Of a stretch of 64,000 nt of DNA, positions 11,498 through 22,140 are shown in pieces. A model generated the notes under the pieces. It was not told the origin of the DNA. It made no database searches and was given only the letters and a program-made list of their open reading frames with translations. Made by a program: the position numbers and the translations under genes. The stretch is from positions 6,349-70,348 of the forward strand of contig CAZAJM010000003.1 of NCBI GenBank assembly GCA_964485625.1. The letters are read 5' to 3'. The DNA comes from an uncultured Candidatus Saccharibacteria bacterium (GTDB taxonomy: Bacteria > Patescibacteriota > UBA1384 > JAGGWG01 > CAZAJM01). Numbering within the stretch: position 1 is the stretch's first letter; each line of letters starts with the position of its first letter.

Positions 11498-12097
11498 ATG
11501 TTCAAACTCTTTAAAAGACTTGCCCTTATCTACATCTTGGTATTTTTACTATTAATTGTCCTAGTTGCCCACTCATTCCGTCCGGAACTGGTTAATGTCG
11601 ATCGCTATACAATAATTCTCTTTGCTTTTCTCTTTATTGTTGCCATTCTGCCCTCACTTCAGTCAGGAAAGATATCATATTTCTTTGAGTTTAAACGTGA
11701 TCTAGATAAGGCTAGAGAGTCCGTCAAAGATTTAAAGCAAGCAGCTGAAGTAGGCAAGGAGGCGATTGATAAGGTAAAGCAAGAGGCTGATGAAAATATT
11801 AATGCCAGTAACGCTTGCCAGGCCTGTGGCTGGCTAAGGCAGAAGATATATAACTCGCTTAAAGAAATAAATAAACGGAAAAATAGCTCTAAATCTAAGG
11901 CCAGAAAACCGCTAACCTTATTAGAAGATCTAAATGAGGCTAACCTGCTTGATAAGAAAATGTATCAGGCTGCCAAAGATGTGCTAGTTCTCTGTGATCC
12001 GGATAAACCTTATGATCAGATGGACGAGGAGGATTCAGATAAAATTACAGAGGTGGCCCTACCTTTAATTGAGTACTTAGAAAATTACGTAAAATAA
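11498..12097 (+). CDS. hypothetical membrane protein with coiled-coil region
   Basis: 199 aa. Two N-terminal TM segments followed by a charged helical region. Confidence 0.45.
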   Translation: MFKLFKRLALIYILVFLLLIVLVAHSFRPELVNVDRYTIILFAFLFIVAILPSLQSGKISYFFEFKRDLDKARESVKDLKQAAEVGKEAIDKVKQEADENINASNACQACGWLRQKIYNSLKEINKRKNSSKSKARKPLTLLEDLNEANLLDKKMYQAAKDVLVLCDPDKPYDQMDEEDSDKITEVALPLIEYLENYVK

Positions 12098-12181
12098 AGA
12101 AAGGCCTTTTATTTATATTTAATTGCTCGACTACTTAGTAGTTTTAGGTAGTGCCTTTTTGTTTGCGAGCAATAAGTTTTT

Positions 12182-12502
12182 TCAAACTTTCTCTAGTGCC
12201 TCTTGGATCTGCTCAATCACATAGTTCATGATCTCATATGATTCTTCGTGAGGGATGCCTATAGCTGGAATTCTCCACTCTGTGTCACTGATTATCTCAG
12301 CGACAAAGCTCCTTATCTGACTATCATTAACGCCATTAACGCAACTAGAATATGGTTTATCACGATGACTAGCTCGGGCTACAAGTATAAACGATTCTCC
12401 GTCTGGCTCTTTAAAAACGTATAGTTTATCTAATACTTGAGAGGCTAGTTTGTGATTAATTTGTACATCATAAAGATCACTTTGATGTATCATTCCTGTC
12501 AT
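12182..12502 (-). CDS. hypothetical protein
   Basis: 106-aa ORF convergent with the previous gene. No family recognised. Confidence 0.4.
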   Translation of the reverse strand: MTGMIHQSDLYDVQINHKLASQVLDKLYVFKEPDGESFILVARASHRDKPYSSCVNGVNDSQIRSFVAEIISDTEWRIPAIGIPHEESYEIMNYVIEQIQEALEKV

Positions 12503-12776
12503 TTGTCTTCTCCTCCTTGTTAAGCTACTTGTTCTGGTTGGCTCTGGTTGAACCCTTGAAATGTTCCCAAGAGCTCAATTAAACTAGCCAGAATCAAAAA
12601 ATCCGCCTCATAGGGCGGAATATTTATACTTATTTTATCTTTAGCTGTTATTTATATAAAATTACTCCGCCCGTTAGGGGTATGGTTAGTAGTTCGAGCA
12701 GAAGGAGTAAGTTTTGGGTGATTTTTCTCATTTCCATTGACTATAGCTTATGATATCTTAATTTAGCTGTCAAGAC

Positions 12777-12805
12777 TTGCAATATATTAAGCCTTGGTAT
12801 ATAAT
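12777..12805 (+). promoter_or_regulatory. sigma70-like promoter P1 upstream of tuf
   Basis: TTGCAA (12777-12782), a 17-nt spacer, then TATAAT (12800-12805). Confidence 0.55.
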
Positions 12806-12837
12806 ATCAAAAGAAATTAACAGGTTAACTTAACTAT

Positions 12838-12866
12838 TTGCAAAGTTTGGTTTTATCTGTTAATAT
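12838..12866 (+). promoter_or_regulatory. sigma70-like promoter P2 upstream of tuf
   Basis: TTGCAA (12838-12843), a 17-nt spacer, then TAATAT (12861-12866). A Shine-Dalgarno AGGAGG lies at about 12911. Confidence 0.5.
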
Positions 12867-12944
12867 ATGAATGTGATTAAATTAAAAACTAATATCGTCT
12901 AATTATTTACAGGAGGTCCCGAGAAGCCGGGATTTATTAAAAAA

Positions 12945-14135
12945 ATGGCTGAAAAATTTGAGAGAGAGAAACCACACGTTAATGTCGGTACTATTGGACA
13001 TGTAGATCATGGCAAGACTACCTTGACTGCGGCTATGCTAAAGACTGCTGCTGCCCAGGGTTGGTTGGCCGATGATAAAGATGTAGAAGGTATTGATGCT
13101 GCGCCGGAGGAGAGAGACAGAGGCATCACTATTGCTACTTGTCATGTTGAGTATGAGACACCTGAGCGTCACTACGCTCACGTCGATTGTCCAGGTCACA
13201 GAGATTATGTTAAAAACATGATTACAGGTGCTGCTCAGATGGATGGCGCAGTCCTAGTTATTTCAGCTGCTGACGGTCCTATGCCTCAGACTAGAGAACA
13301 TCTACTTCTAGCAAATCAGGTAGGTGTGCCTAAGCTAGTGGTCTTTCTAAACAAGACAGACCAGGTTGATGATGATGAACTAATCGACCTAGTCGAAGAA
13401 GAAGTCAAAGATTTACTTAAAAAATATGAATATGACGCAGATAAGACCCCAATTATTAGAGGCTCTGCTCTAAAAGCCCTGGAGGCTGATGGTAAAGGTG
13501 ATGATGCTAAACCAATTGTTGATCTACTTAAAGCTTTGGATGAAGCTATCCCTGAACCAGAGAGAGCAGTTGATAAGCCACTCCTTATGGCCGTTGAAGA
13601 TGTCTTTACCATAGAAGGCAGAGGTACTGTGCCAACTGGAAGAATCGAACGTGGCAAGGTTAAGGTTGGTGATGAGGTAGAGATCGTTGGTCTAAGAGAG
13701 ACCGAAAAATCAGTTGTTACTGGAATAGAGATGTTTAGAAAAGAGTTAGATGAGGGTCAGGCCGGTGATAATGTGGGCGTACTACTAAGAGGAATTGAGA
13801 AAGATGATATTGAAAGAGGTCAGGTAATTGCTGAGCCAGGCTCGATTACCCCTCATACCGAGTTTGACGCCGAGGTCTACATTCTAACCAAAGATGAAGG
13901 TGGTAGACATACCCCAGTTATGACCGGTTACAAACCTCAATTCTATATCAGAACTACCGATGTTACAGGTGAACTGTCACTTCCAAAAGATGTTGAGATG
14001 GCAATGCCGGGCGATACTATCAAAGCTTCAATTAAACTTAGTAAGCCTATCGCCATGGAAGATGAGATGAAGTTTGCTATCAGAGAAGGTGGAAGAACTG
14101 TTGGAGCCGGTGTGGTAACTAAGATTAAAAAGTAA
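12945..14135 (+). CDS. tuf: elongation factor Tu
   Basis: 396 aa. Has [32 protein letters not shown] and NKTD. Confidence 0.97.
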   Translation: MAEKFEREKPHVNVGTIGHVDHGKTTLTAAMLKTAAAQGWLADDKDVEGIDAAPEERDRGITIATCHVEYETPERHYAHVDCPGHRDYVKNMITGAAQMDGAVLVISAADGPMPQTREHLLLANQVGVPKLVVFLNKTDQVDDDELIDLVEEEVKDLLKKYEYDADKTPIIRGSALKALEADGKGDDAKPIVDLLKALDEAIPEPERAVDKPLLMAVEDVFTIEGRGTVPTGRIERGKVKVGDEVEIVGLRETEKSVVTGIEMFRKELDEGQAGDNVGVLLRGIEKDDIERGQVIAEPGSITPHTEFDAEVYILTKDEGGRHTPVMTGYKPQFYIRTTDVTGELSLPKDVEMAMPGDTIKASIKLSKPIAMEDEMKFAIREGGRTVGAGVVTKIKK

Positions 14136-14143
14136 TTTGTAAG

Positions 14144-14185
14144 ATGTCTATATATGGCCCTAGTTAAACTTAGGGCCATAGACAT
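14144..14185 (+). terminator. near-perfect palindromic hairpin after tuf (terminator/attenuator; weak U-tract)
   Basis: atgtctatatatggcccta (14144-14162) pairs with tagggccatagacat (14171-14185). It is followed only by ttt. Confidence 0.4.
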
Positions 14186-14247
14186 TTTAAGAGAGTTAGT
14201 AATATTAAGATTTGTTCATTGTTGAAAATTAAATATATTCACCTAAA

Positions 14248-14562
14248 ATGGCCAAAGCAACCCAGAAGTTAAGGATCAAATTAAAGTCGGCAGACACCAG
14301 AATCTTAGATAAATCAGCGGAGAAGATTATCGATACTGCCAGGGGAAGTGGAGCAATCGTTTCCGGACCGATCCCTTTGCCGACAAAGAGAAGCCTTACT
14401 TCGGTTAAAAGAAGTTCCTTCGTACATGAGGATTCTCATGAGCAGTATGAGATGAGAGTTCACAGCCGATTGGTAGACATTAAGAAGCCAAGTCCCCAGA
14501 CAGTTGACAAGTTGATGGATTTGGATCTACCAAGTGGTGTCGATGTCGAAGTAAAGATGTAA
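14248..14562 (+). CDS. rpsJ: 30S ribosomal protein S10
   Basis: 104 aa. [14 protein letters not shown]... is the S10 family. Confidence 0.93.
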   Translation: MAKATQKLRIKLKSADTRILDKSAEKIIDTARGSGAIVSGPIPLPTKRSLTSVKRSSFVHEDSHEQYEMRVHSRLVDIKKPSPQTVDKLMDLDLPSGVDVEVKM

Positions 14563-14698
14563 GATTAAATTAAAGTTTTTATTAATGATCACGGCTAGCC
14601 AATAATCATTGTCTAGTTCTGTATAGTTTTAATGATAAGTCAGAGAATTACTCGTCTCTGGGTTTTTTATCAAGTGGCGAGTATTTTTAATCAAAATT

Positions 14699-15259
14699 AT
14701 GAAAGTAGGAATAGTCAAAAAAATTGAAATGAGCCAACTCTTTAGTGAGAAAGGAAAGCAGATTCCTGTTACTTTGGTTAAATTAATTCCAACTAAGGTA
14801 AGTCGGGTTAGAACTAACAGTAAAGATGGTTACCAGGCCGTGCAATTAAAGGCTGAGGGAGAGAATAGGATCTGTAAAGAGTTTAGACTAATTGGCGATA
14901 GTCAAGATCTTGATTTTAAAGAAGGCCAAGAATTTAATATTAACAATCTAAAGGATATAGAAAAAGTAAACGCTACTGGATTCTCAAAAGGAAAAGGTTT
15001 TCAGGGCGCAATCAAGAGACATGGATTTTCTCGAGGGCCGATGAGCCATGGTAGTCACCACAAACGCAAGACAGGTGCTATCGGCCAATGTGTTATGCCC
15101 TCAAGAGTTTTTAAAGGTAAGAAGATGCCTGGACGGATGGCAGGTGGTAAGGTGACCGTCAAAAATTTAGAGGTAGTTAAAATTGAAGATAATAATATTT
15201 TTCTCAAAGGAAGTCTGCCTGGCCCAAATGGCTCCTACCTAACATTAAGAGGAGTTTAA
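14699..15259 (+). CDS. rplC: 50S ribosomal protein L3
   Basis: Belongs to the L3 family (…GKGFQGAIKRHGF…). A hairpin plus U6 (cagaga...tctctgggtttttt, about 14641-14670) lies in the rpsJ-rplC spacer. Confidence 0.9.
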   Translation: MKVGIVKKIEMSQLFSEKGKQIPVTLVKLIPTKVSRVRTNSKDGYQAVQLKAEGENRICKEFRLIGDSQDLDFKEGQEFNINNLKDIEKVNATGFSKGKGFQGAIKRHGFSRGPMSHGSHHKRKTGAIGQCVMPSRVFKGKKMPGRMAGGKVTVKNLEVVKIEDNNIFLKGSLPGPNGSYLTLRGV

Positions 15260-15263
15260 TATT

Positions 15264-15899
15264 ATGAAAATAGATGTATTATCAAAATCGGGTAAAAAAA
15301 GTTCAAAGATAGAAGTTAAGGCTGAGATTTTTACAGATAAACTTAACAAAGATCTTATCTCACAAGTTTTTCGAGTTGAGAAACTATCACGAAAGAAACC
15401 AGTTCACACTAAAGATAGAAGTGAGAGATCAGGTGGAGGAAGGAAGCCTTGGCGTCAGAAAGGTACCGGCCGAGCTAGGCATGGCTCAATTCGCTCACCT
15501 CTTTGGAGGAAGGGTGGCGTCACTTTTGGGCCCAGGAAAGAGAATAATTTTAAGAAGAAAGTTAATAAGGGGATGAAACGCAAATCTGTTGCTTCCTTGA
15601 TTGCCGATCAAGAGAAAAATGGTAGGCTGTTTGTTATCACCGGATTTCCTAAAGTTGAAAAGACTAAAGAACTTGAAAAATTTATTCTCAAACTACCTCT
15701 TAAAGAGGCTGGCTCAATTTTAACGATTATCGATGAGGGTAGTAAGGATATAATTAGGTATTCGAGAAATATTCCATATATCAATGTTTATGATAAGAGT
15801 GGCTTAAACACCTACAATCTGCTTAATAGTGATTATCTGATCATTACCAAGAAAGCCTTAGAGGAATTTATTAGTTTAGTTGATAAGAATAAGGATTAA
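15264..15899 (+). CDS. rplD: 50S ribosomal protein L4
   Basis: L4 family, in the conserved operon position. Confidence 0.9.
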   Translation: MKIDVLSKSGKKSSKIEVKAEIFTDKLNKDLISQVFRVEKLSRKKPVHTKDRSERSGGGRKPWRQKGTGRARHGSIRSPLWRKGGVTFGPRKENNFKKKVNKGMKRKSVASLIADQEKNGRLFVITGFPKVEKTKELEKFILKLPLKEAGSILTIIDEGSKDIIRYSRNIPYINVYDKSGLNTYNLLNSDYLIITKKALEEFISLVDKNKD

Positions 15900-15901
15900 T
15901 T

Positions 15902-16177
15902 ATGAAGATTAAAGGATTTGTAATTACAGAGAAAACAACTGAGATGGTCGAGGAAGGAAAGTATAGTTTTTGGGTTGACTTAGAGGCATCGAAGAATCAA
16001 ATTGTTGACGCAGTCGAGAAGCGTTTTAGTGTTGAGATAGTTGATATCAAAACAATTGTAGTTAAGGGTAAGAAAAAATCATGGCGACAGAGATCTGGAA
16101 AGAAGAAAGATCGAAAGAAAGCGATCGTTAAACTAAAAAAGGGACAGAAAATTTCGGAGTTTGAAGTTGCCGAGTAA
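15902..16177 (+). CDS. rplW: 50S ribosomal protein L23
   Basis: L23 family, 91 aa. Confidence 0.88.
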   Translation: MKIKGFVITEKTTEMVEEGKYSFWVDLEASKNQIVDAVEKRFSVEIVDIKTIVVKGKKKSWRQRSGKKKDRKKAIVKLKKGQKISEFEVAE

Positions 16178-16189
16178 GTTATAAATATT

Positions 16190-16987
16190 ATGAGCAAGAA
16201 AGATACAAAAGTAAAAACTAATTCTAAAAGAAACAAGCGTCTAGTTTATGGCCGAAAAAGAGCTGTGGGTAGAAACAATATGGGGCGAGTTACTTCGGCT
16301 CATCGTGGTGGTGGGGCCAAAAGGCTATATCGTTTGGTTGATTTTAAACGCAATAAGCCGGGTAAATTTGAGATTATCTCAATTCAGCGAGATCCAAATC
16401 GTTCTGCACGAGTAGCACTAATTAAGAATAGTAAGGGTAAGCAATCTTACATATTAGCCAATCAAACAATGAAGAAAGGCCAGACTATAGAGGTTGGCGA
16501 TAAGGTTTCTGCTAAGCCGGGCAATAGAATGAAATTAAAGAATATTCCGACCGGAAGCGAGATCTATAATATTGAACTTAAATCAGGTGAAGGGGGTAGA
16601 ATAGCTCGAAGTGCGGGCAATAGTGCTACCCTAAAAGCAATTGAGGGCAAAAGGGCTCTAATCACTCTTCCATCAGGGGAAATACGATTGACATCGGTCC
16701 ATTGCTATGCTACCCTGGGAGCATTGAGCAACCCTAGCCACAGCCTTAAAAAGCTAACTAAGGCCGGTCAAAGTCGCTACTTAGGACGGAGACCAAAAGT
16801 TAGAGGTGTGGCCAAGCATCCAGGTGCTCATCCTCATGGTGGTGGTGAAGGAAAATCACCTATCGGTATGAAATATCCAAAAAGTCCGACCGGTAAGCAC
16901 TCAAAAGGCAAATTAACTCGAAAGAGGAAGAAATATTCTGATAAATTAATAGTTAGTAAAAGAAAGAAAAAGAGGAAGAAGAAATAA
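16190..16987 (+). CDS. rplB: 50S ribosomal protein L2 (with poly-K C-terminal tail)
   Basis: Has the L2 signature ...[15 protein letters not shown]... and ...HPHGGGEGK.... Ends with KRKKKRKKK. Confidence 0.93.
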   Translation: MSKKDTKVKTNSKRNKRLVYGRKRAVGRNNMGRVTSAHRGGGAKRLYRLVDFKRNKPGKFEIISIQRDPNRSARVALIKNSKGKQSYILANQTMKKGQTIEVGDKVSAKPGNRMKLKNIPTGSEIYNIELKSGEGGRIARSAGNSATLKAIEGKRALITLPSGEIRLTSVHCYATLGALSNPSHSLKKLTKAGQSRYLGRRPKVRGVAKHPGAHPHGGGEGKSPIGMKYPKSPTGKHSKGKLTRKRKKYSDKLIVSKRKKKRKKK

Positions 16988-16988
16988 T

Positions 16989-17300
16989 ATGTCAAGATCA
17001 TTAAAAAAAGGCCCCTTTGTTAAAGATAGTCTAGCTAAAAAGATAGAGACTGCCAAAGACAAAGATAAGGTCATCAAAACATGGTCCAGAGAGAGTGTGA
17101 TCACCCCAGAAATGGTAGGTTTTACTATTGGGGTTCATAATGGCAGAGAGCATGTTCCGGTTAGGGTAGCTGAAGATATGGTTGGTCATAAATTAGGAGA
17201 GTTTTCATATACACGTAAATTTATCAGGCATGGTGGTCGAATGGCTAAAGAGGAAGATGAGGATAAAGGCAGTGGTTTTGCGCCAGGGCAAGAGATTTAA
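16989..17300 (+). CDS. rpsS: 30S ribosomal protein S19
   Basis: [11 protein letters not shown]... is the S19 family. Confidence 0.92.
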   Translation: MSRSLKKGPFVKDSLAKKIETAKDKDKVIKTWSRESVITPEMVGFTIGVHNGREHVPVRVAEDMVGHKLGEFSYTRKFIRHGGRMAKEEDEDKGSGFAPGQEI

Positions 17301-17314
17301 TCATATATATAATT

Positions 17315-17692
17315 ATGGCAGGAAAAGAAGCGCAGGTGACAATTAAAAATCTAAGAATAGCTCCTAAAAAAGTTATCCCTTGGCTACGTAAATTTAAGGG
17401 CAAAACAATTGATGAGGCTGAGACAATCTGCTATCAAATGAACAACAAGGCAGCCAAATTGATTAGGAAGACCTTAGTTGCCGGTCAATCAGCTGCTGGA
17501 GATAAAGAGATGGACGAAGATAAGCTCTATGTTAAAGAGTTTGTCTGCCAGACCGGGCCGACCATGAAGAGACAACTGATTAGATCACGTGGTAGAGCCG
17601 ATGTTATTAGAAAACGTTCATCTAATCTTAAATTGATTATAGGTGAGAAAAGAAGCGGCAAGAAATCAGATAAAGATAGTAAGAAAATATAA
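17315..17692 (+). CDS. rplV: 50S ribosomal protein L22
   Basis: L22 family, in order. Confidence 0.9.
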   Translation: MAGKEAQVTIKNLRIAPKKVIPWLRKFKGKTIDEAETICYQMNNKAAKLIRKTLVAGQSAAGDKEMDEDKLYVKEFVCQTGPTMKRQLIRSRGRADVIRKRSSNLKLIIGEKRSGKKSDKDSKKI

Positions 17693-18321
17693 TGGCAAGA
17701 AAAGTAAATCCAATTAGTTATCGCATACCCACCAATAAGAACTGGCAATCTAAATGGTTTAGCCAGAAAAACTTCGGTGATAAATTACAAGAGGATATTA
17801 AGATTAGAGATCATATCAATAAAGAGTTTATCCATGCTGGGATTGGCAAGATTGAAATTGAAAGAAGCCGAGGTGTAGTTGAAGTTGCTATCTATACTTC
17901 TAGACCCGGAATATTAATTGGTCATAAAGGCTCAGGAATTGAAAAATTAAAGAAAAGCCTAGATAAACTAACTAAAGAGAAGGTAAAGGTTGATGTCAAG
18001 GAGATTAAAAAGCCTGAATTATGGGCTCGCTGTATGGCAGAACAAGTAGCTTATCAGATTGAGAGAAGGATTGCTTATCGCAGAGCAATGAAACAAGTTA
18101 TGGAAGAGATTATGAGAAACCCCCAAGTTCAGGGAGCAAAGATTCAGGTTGCTGGTCGACTAAATGGTGCAGAAATTGCTCGAACTGAACACATCTCAAA
18201 AGGCGCCCTGCCTCTTCAGACTCTAAGAGCAGATATTGATTTTAGTAGAGTTCTGGCTCGGACCAAGTTTGGCAGTATCGGTATAAAGGTTTGGGTAAAT
18301 AGAGGAGAGGTTAAAAAATAG
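17692..18321 (+). CDS. rpsC: 30S ribosomal protein S3
   Basis: KH domain with the S3 C-terminal domain. Confidence 0.92.
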   Translation: MARKVNPISYRIPTNKNWQSKWFSQKNFGDKLQEDIKIRDHINKEFIHAGIGKIEIERSRGVVEVAIYTSRPGILIGHKGSGIEKLKKSLDKLTKEKVKVDVKEIKKPELWARCMAEQVAYQIERRIAYRRAMKQVMEEIMRNPQVQGAKIQVAGRLNGAEIARTEHISKGALPLQTLRADIDFSRVLARTKFGSIGIKVWVNRGEVKK

Positions 18322-18325
18322 TATT

Positions 18326-18739
18326 ATGGCTATCCCAAAGAAGGTAAAATACAGAAAACACCATCGTGGTCGATCTAAGGGAATGTCTAAGAGAGGTAGT
18401 CGACTAGAATTTGGAGATTATGGTATTAAGGCGGCCTCAGCCGGCAAATTGACTGAGAGAGAGTTGGAGGCAGCCCGACGAGCAATGGCTCGTTATATGA
18501 AAAGAGGAGGTGAGGTATGGCTCAGAGTATTTCCTGACTATCCTGTAACCGCTAAGCCACTTGAATCAAGAATGGGCAAGGGTAAAGGTGAGGTTGATCA
18601 TTTTGCCGCTAGGGTTAAGCCAGGCCGGATAGTATTTGAAATTGCCGGAGTTAGCCCAAGAGTTGCTCGAGAAGCACTAAGACTAGCATCTCATAAATTG
18701 TCGGTAAAGACCAAAATAATAGAAAAGAGAGTGAAATAA
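18326..18739 (+). CDS. rplP: 50S ribosomal protein L16
   Basis: L16 family (…RGRSKGMSKRG…). Confidence 0.92.
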   Translation: MAIPKKVKYRKHHRGRSKGMSKRGSRLEFGDYGIKAASAGKLTERELEAARRAMARYMKRGGEVWLRVFPDYPVTAKPLESRMGKGKGEVDHFAARVKPGRIVFEIAGVSPRVAREALRLASHKLSVKTKIIEKRVK

Positions 18740-18945
18740 TGAGCAAGTATAACAAACAGAAACTTAGTAAGTTAATTGAAGAGTCCGATAAGCTTGAGGA
18801 GAAGCTGGCCGATATTAAATTAAAACATTCTCAGAGTAAGCTAAGAGATACTGCTAGTATTAAAAAAACCAAAAAAGATTTGGCCAGGGTCAATACAGCA
18901 ATTGCTAATAAAGCTAATCAAATTGAAGATGAAAAAGAAAGATAG
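18739..18945 (+). CDS. rpmC: 50S ribosomal protein L29
   Basis: 68 aa and helical, in the L29 position. Confidence 0.85.
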   Translation: MSKYNKQKLSKLIEESDKLEEKLADIKLKHSQSKLRDTASIKKTKKDLARVNTAIANKANQIEDEKER

Positions 18946-19198
18946 CGATATTCGAAAAAAAAGACTGACCGGCAGAGTAGTCAGTGACAAGATGGATAGA
19001 ACCGTTGTTGTTAGAATTGAGAAATTAAAGATGCATCCGACATATAAAAAGAGATATTATCTTGATAAAAATATTTTAGCCGACAATCCCAACGATAAAT
19101 TTAAGGAAGGTGATCGGGTTGTTATCGAGGAGAGTAGGCCAATTTCGAAGAAGAAAAGATTTACTGCTATAAAGAAGTTAAAAGACAAAAATAGTTAA
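18929..19198 (+). CDS. rpsQ: 30S ribosomal protein S17
   Basis: ...RLTGRVVSDKMDRTVVVRIE... is the S17 family. I place the start at the internal Met, overlapping the L29 stop. Confidence 0.88.
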   Translation: MKKKDSDIRKKRLTGRVVSDKMDRTVVVRIEKLKMHPTYKKRYYLDKNILADNPNDKFKEGDRVVIEESRPISKKKRFTAIKKLKDKNS

Positions 19199-19210
19199 AA
19201 CAATAGATAT

Positions 19211-19579
19211 ATGATCCAAGCCGGAACAAAATTAAAGATAATAGATAATAGCGGCGCTCAAATAATTGAGTGTATTGACGTCTTGAGATTATCAGAGAAA
19301 CGTACGGCTGAAGTTGGTCAGTATATCATTGCTTCAGTTAAGAAGGCCAAAGTAGGTGGTAGTGTCAAGAAGAAAGATGTGATTAGAGCCTTGATTGTGA
19401 GACAGAGAAAACCTTATAAAAGAGAGAATGGAGTAGTAGTTAGATTTGATGACAATGCTGCTATTATCGTCGATGAAGGCCTAAAAGAGCTAATTGGAAA
19501 TCGTGTAGTAGGTCCAATTGCTTATGAGGCTAGGGTTAGTATGCCTAGTGTCGCTTCCATAGCCGATGAAATTGTTTAA
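19211..19579 (+). CDS. rplN: 50S ribosomal protein L14
   Basis: MIQAGTKLKIIDNSGA... is the L14 family. Confidence 0.93.
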   Translation: MIQAGTKLKIIDNSGAQIIECIDVLRLSEKRTAEVGQYIIASVKKAKVGGSVKKKDVIRALIVRQRKPYKRENGVVVRFDDNAAIIVDEGLKELIGNRVVGPIAYEARVSMPSVASIADEIV

Positions 19580-19588
19580 AATAATCTT

Positions 19589-19894
19589 ATGAAAATAAAA
19601 AAATCAGATAAAGTATTAATCATATCAGGAAAAGATCGAGGCAAGACGGGCACTGTTGAGAAGGTGGTGCCAAAAAATAATAAGATTGTGGTTTCAGGTA
19701 TTAATATGATAAAGAAGCATCTTAAGCCAACCCAGAAACAACCTAAGGGTGGTATTGTTGATCAGGCCGGCCCAATAGATGTTAGTAATGTTAAGCTTAT
19801 CTGTAAAAAATGTCAGAAGCCGACCCGAGTAGGCTATAGTAATGGCAAGAGAGATAAAAAGAGAATCTGTAAAAAGTGCGGAGAGATTACCTAA
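19589..19894 (+). CDS. rplX: 50S ribosomal protein L24 with C-terminal CxxC...CxxC zinc-ribbon extension
   Basis: KOW motif (ISGKDRGKTG) followed by CKKCQK...CKKCGE. Confidence 0.88.
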   Translation: MKIKKSDKVLIISGKDRGKTGTVEKVVPKNNKIVVSGINMIKKHLKPTQKQPKGGIVDQAGPIDVSNVKLICKKCQKPTRVGYSNGKRDKKRICKKCGEIT

Positions 19895-19909
19895 GAGATT
19901 ATTAAAATA

Positions 19910-20596
19910 GTGATGAATAGATTAAAAAAATATCTACAACCCAAAAAGTTTAATAAACTCAAGAAAGAGCTTTCTTGTGATAACGATTTTGCTATACCAA
20001 AACCGGAAAAGATTGTAGTTAATATGGGCATAGGTGAGAAGGGTAAAGATAAAGAGGCCTTAAAAGAATTGAAGAGTCAGCTATCTAAAATTACGGGACA
20101 GCTACCAGTTGAAACTCGATCAAAGTCCAGTGTTTCAGCTTTCAGCGTAATAGAAAATCAGATAGTAGGACTTAGAGTAACCTTAAGAGATAAGAGAATG
20201 TATGATTTCTTAACTAAAATTGTTAGAATTGTTCTTCCTTCCTGGAAGAATTTTAAAGGGATAACTATTAGCTCTCTGACTCCACAAGGCGATCTGACTG
20301 TTGGTCTGCCGGCCGAAGTATTCTTTCCGGAAATAGATTATGATAAGGTTAAACAGACTAATGGGCTATCATTCACTATCGTTACTACAGCTAATAATAA
20401 AGAAGAAGCAACTAAATTATTCAAGGCCCTAGGTTTTGTTTTTGAAAGTGAAGAGGCTAGAAAAGCTAGAGAAGAGATTGAGGCGAAGCGTAGAGAGGAG
20501 AAGAAACGATTGGCAGAAAGAAAGAAGACATATCTTGAGATGGCTAAGACGCCTGGAGAAGAAGATGATTCTGAGCAGACAGAAGAGGAAGAATAG
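19910..20596 (+). CDS. rplE: 50S ribosomal protein L5 (charged C-terminal extension)
   Basis: L5 core with a roughly 50-aa K/E-rich tail. Confidence 0.9.
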   Translation: MMNRLKKYLQPKKFNKLKKELSCDNDFAIPKPEKIVVNMGIGEKGKDKEALKELKSQLSKITGQLPVETRSKSSVSAFSVIENQIVGLRVTLRDKRMYDFLTKIVRIVLPSWKNFKGITISSLTPQGDLTVGLPAEVFFPEIDYDKVKQTNGLSFTIVTTANNKEEATKLFKALGFVFESEEARKAREEIEAKRREEKKRLAERKKTYLEMAKTPGEEDDSEQTEEEE

Positions 20597-20618
20597 ATAT
20601 ATTAACACTAGATATATA

Positions 20619-20804
20619 ATGGCTAAAAAATCAAAAATAATAAAATCAGAGAAAGAGCATAAACATTCAACCAAAGATTTTAATGCTTGTAAAAACTGCG
20701 GCAGAACTAGAGGCTATATTAGAAAGTTCAAACTTTGCCGTATCTGTTTTAGAGAGTTTGCAAATAAAGGACAGATTCCTGGCGTACAGAAATCTAGTTG
20801 GTAA
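20619..20804 (+). CDS. rpsN: 30S ribosomal protein S14 type Z (zinc-binding, 61 aa)
   Basis: MAKKSKIIK...CKNCGRTRG...CRICFRE. The ORF-track N-terminal extension that overlaps rplE in another frame is spurious. Confidence 0.88.
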   Translation: MAKKSKIIKSEKEHKHSTKDFNACKNCGRTRGYIRKFKLCRICFREFANKGQIPGVQKSSW

Positions 20805-20816
20805 ATAACACATATT

Positions 20817-21212
20817 ATGGATCAAATAAATAACATGTTGACGACAATCAGAAATGGACAGATGACTGAGAAGAGAACAGTCTCTACCGATTACTCCAAT
20901 TTTAAAGAGTCTATCTTAAAGATTCTTAAAAATGAAGGTTATATCAGCGGGTTTAAAAAGAAGGATAAACAATTATCAGTTAAGTTAAAATATGATCCGT
21001 CGGGTAGGCCGGGAATAGATGAAATTATTTCAGTCAGTAAGCCTGGTAGAAGAATATATATTAAAAGTAGCCAAATCAAACCCTATAAACCCCTGGCAGG
21101 CTATGGCAAGGGCTTTGGCACGATTGTCTTATCTACCTCACAAGGAGTGATGACAGGTGAACAGGCCAGAGATAAGAAAATTGGCGGGCAGGTATTATTT
21201 AAACTTTCCTAA
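20817..21212 (+). CDS. rpsH: 30S ribosomal protein S8
   Basis: ...MLTTIRNGQ... is the S8 family. Confidence 0.92.
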   Translation: MDQINNMLTTIRNGQMTEKRTVSTDYSNFKESILKILKNEGYISGFKKKDKQLSVKLKYDPSGRPGIDEIISVSKPGRRIYIKSSQIKPYKPLAGYGKGFGTIVLSTSQGVMTGEQARDKKIGGQVLFKLS

Positions 21213-21226
21213 GATAATTATAAATC

Positions 21227-21796
21227 ATGAGCAGATTAGCTAAAAAACCAATTCTGATACCCGATAAAGTCGAAGTCAAAGTCGATGGTAATTTAATTTT
21301 AATTAAAGGGCCGCTTGGCCAAGGCGAAGTTGACCTTACACGTTTTGTCGATGGTGAAATTAAAAAGGATAATAATAGTGGCTCAGAAGCAATTTTTCTA
21401 AATAAGAGTAACAACAGCAGCAGAGCCAAAGCAATGGTCGGTACTGTCTACTCACTAACCTCTAATCTAGTAACCGGAGTAAGCAAGGGCCATAGCAAAA
21501 CTCTAGTTTTTAATGGTGTTGGTTATCAGGCTCAGGCTAACAATAACAAGCTTACCCTCAAAGTCGGTTTCTCTCATGATGTTGAGATCGAGGCTCCCAA
21601 TGAAGTGAAATTCGAAGTAAATAAAAATGAGATAACAGTAACTAGTCAAGATAAACAACTTGTAGGACAGTACGCTGCTAAGATAAGGGAAGTTAGGCCG
21701 GTTGACCCCTATGTTTTAAAGGGTATTAAATATAAAGGTGAACAGATTACCCAGAAGGAAGGTAAAACTGTTGAGAAGATGGGCGAGGAAGCATAG
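21227..21796 (+). CDS. rplF: 50S ribosomal protein L6
   Basis: L6 two-domain protein, in order. Confidence 0.9.
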   Translation: MSRLAKKPILIPDKVEVKVDGNLILIKGPLGQGEVDLTRFVDGEIKKDNNSGSEAIFLNKSNNSSRAKAMVGTVYSLTSNLVTGVSKGHSKTLVFNGVGYQAQANNNKLTLKVGFSHDVEIEAPNEVKFEVNKNEITVTSQDKQLVGQYAAKIREVRPVDPYVLKGIKYKGEQITQKEGKTVEKMGEEA

Positions 21797-21810
21797 ATTA
21801 AATAATAATT

Positions 21811-22119
21811 ATGACATACAGAATTAGAAGAAAACTCAAATCAATCAATAAGGGCAGAAGGCCAATTTTAATGGTCAATAAAACCAACAAACATTTCTAT
21901 GTGCAGCTGGTTGGAGTAGATGGCAAAGTAATTGTTGCTGCTTCCGATCATAAGGTTAATGCTAAGAAGGATTTAATCAGTAAAATGGCAAAGAAGATAG
22001 CTAAAGAGGCAAAAGAGGCCAAGATTAAAGAGATTGTTTTTGATCGATCGCCTTACCCCTACAAAGGCAGGGTAAAGAAGCTCGCAGAGGCCTTAAGAAA
22101 GGAAGGATTAGATTTTTAA
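21811..22119 (+). CDS. rplR: 50S ribosomal protein L18
   Basis: L18 family, in the conserved position. Confidence 0.88.
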   Translation: MTYRIRRKLKSINKGRRPILMVNKTNKHFYVQLVGVDGKVIVAASDHKVNAKKDLISKMAKKIAKEAKEAKIKEIVFDRSPYPYKGRVKKLAEALRKEGLDF

Positions 22120-22140
22120 TTAATCTTTATTTTCCAAATT

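Noticed and set aside
20436-20618. Long N-terminal extension of the rpsN ORF (the 122-aa version in the ORF track).
   Set aside because: The extension is Arg/Lys-rich read-through in an alternative frame across the 3' end of rplE. The true S14 starts at MAKKSKII (20619), giving the canonical 61-aa type-Z protein.
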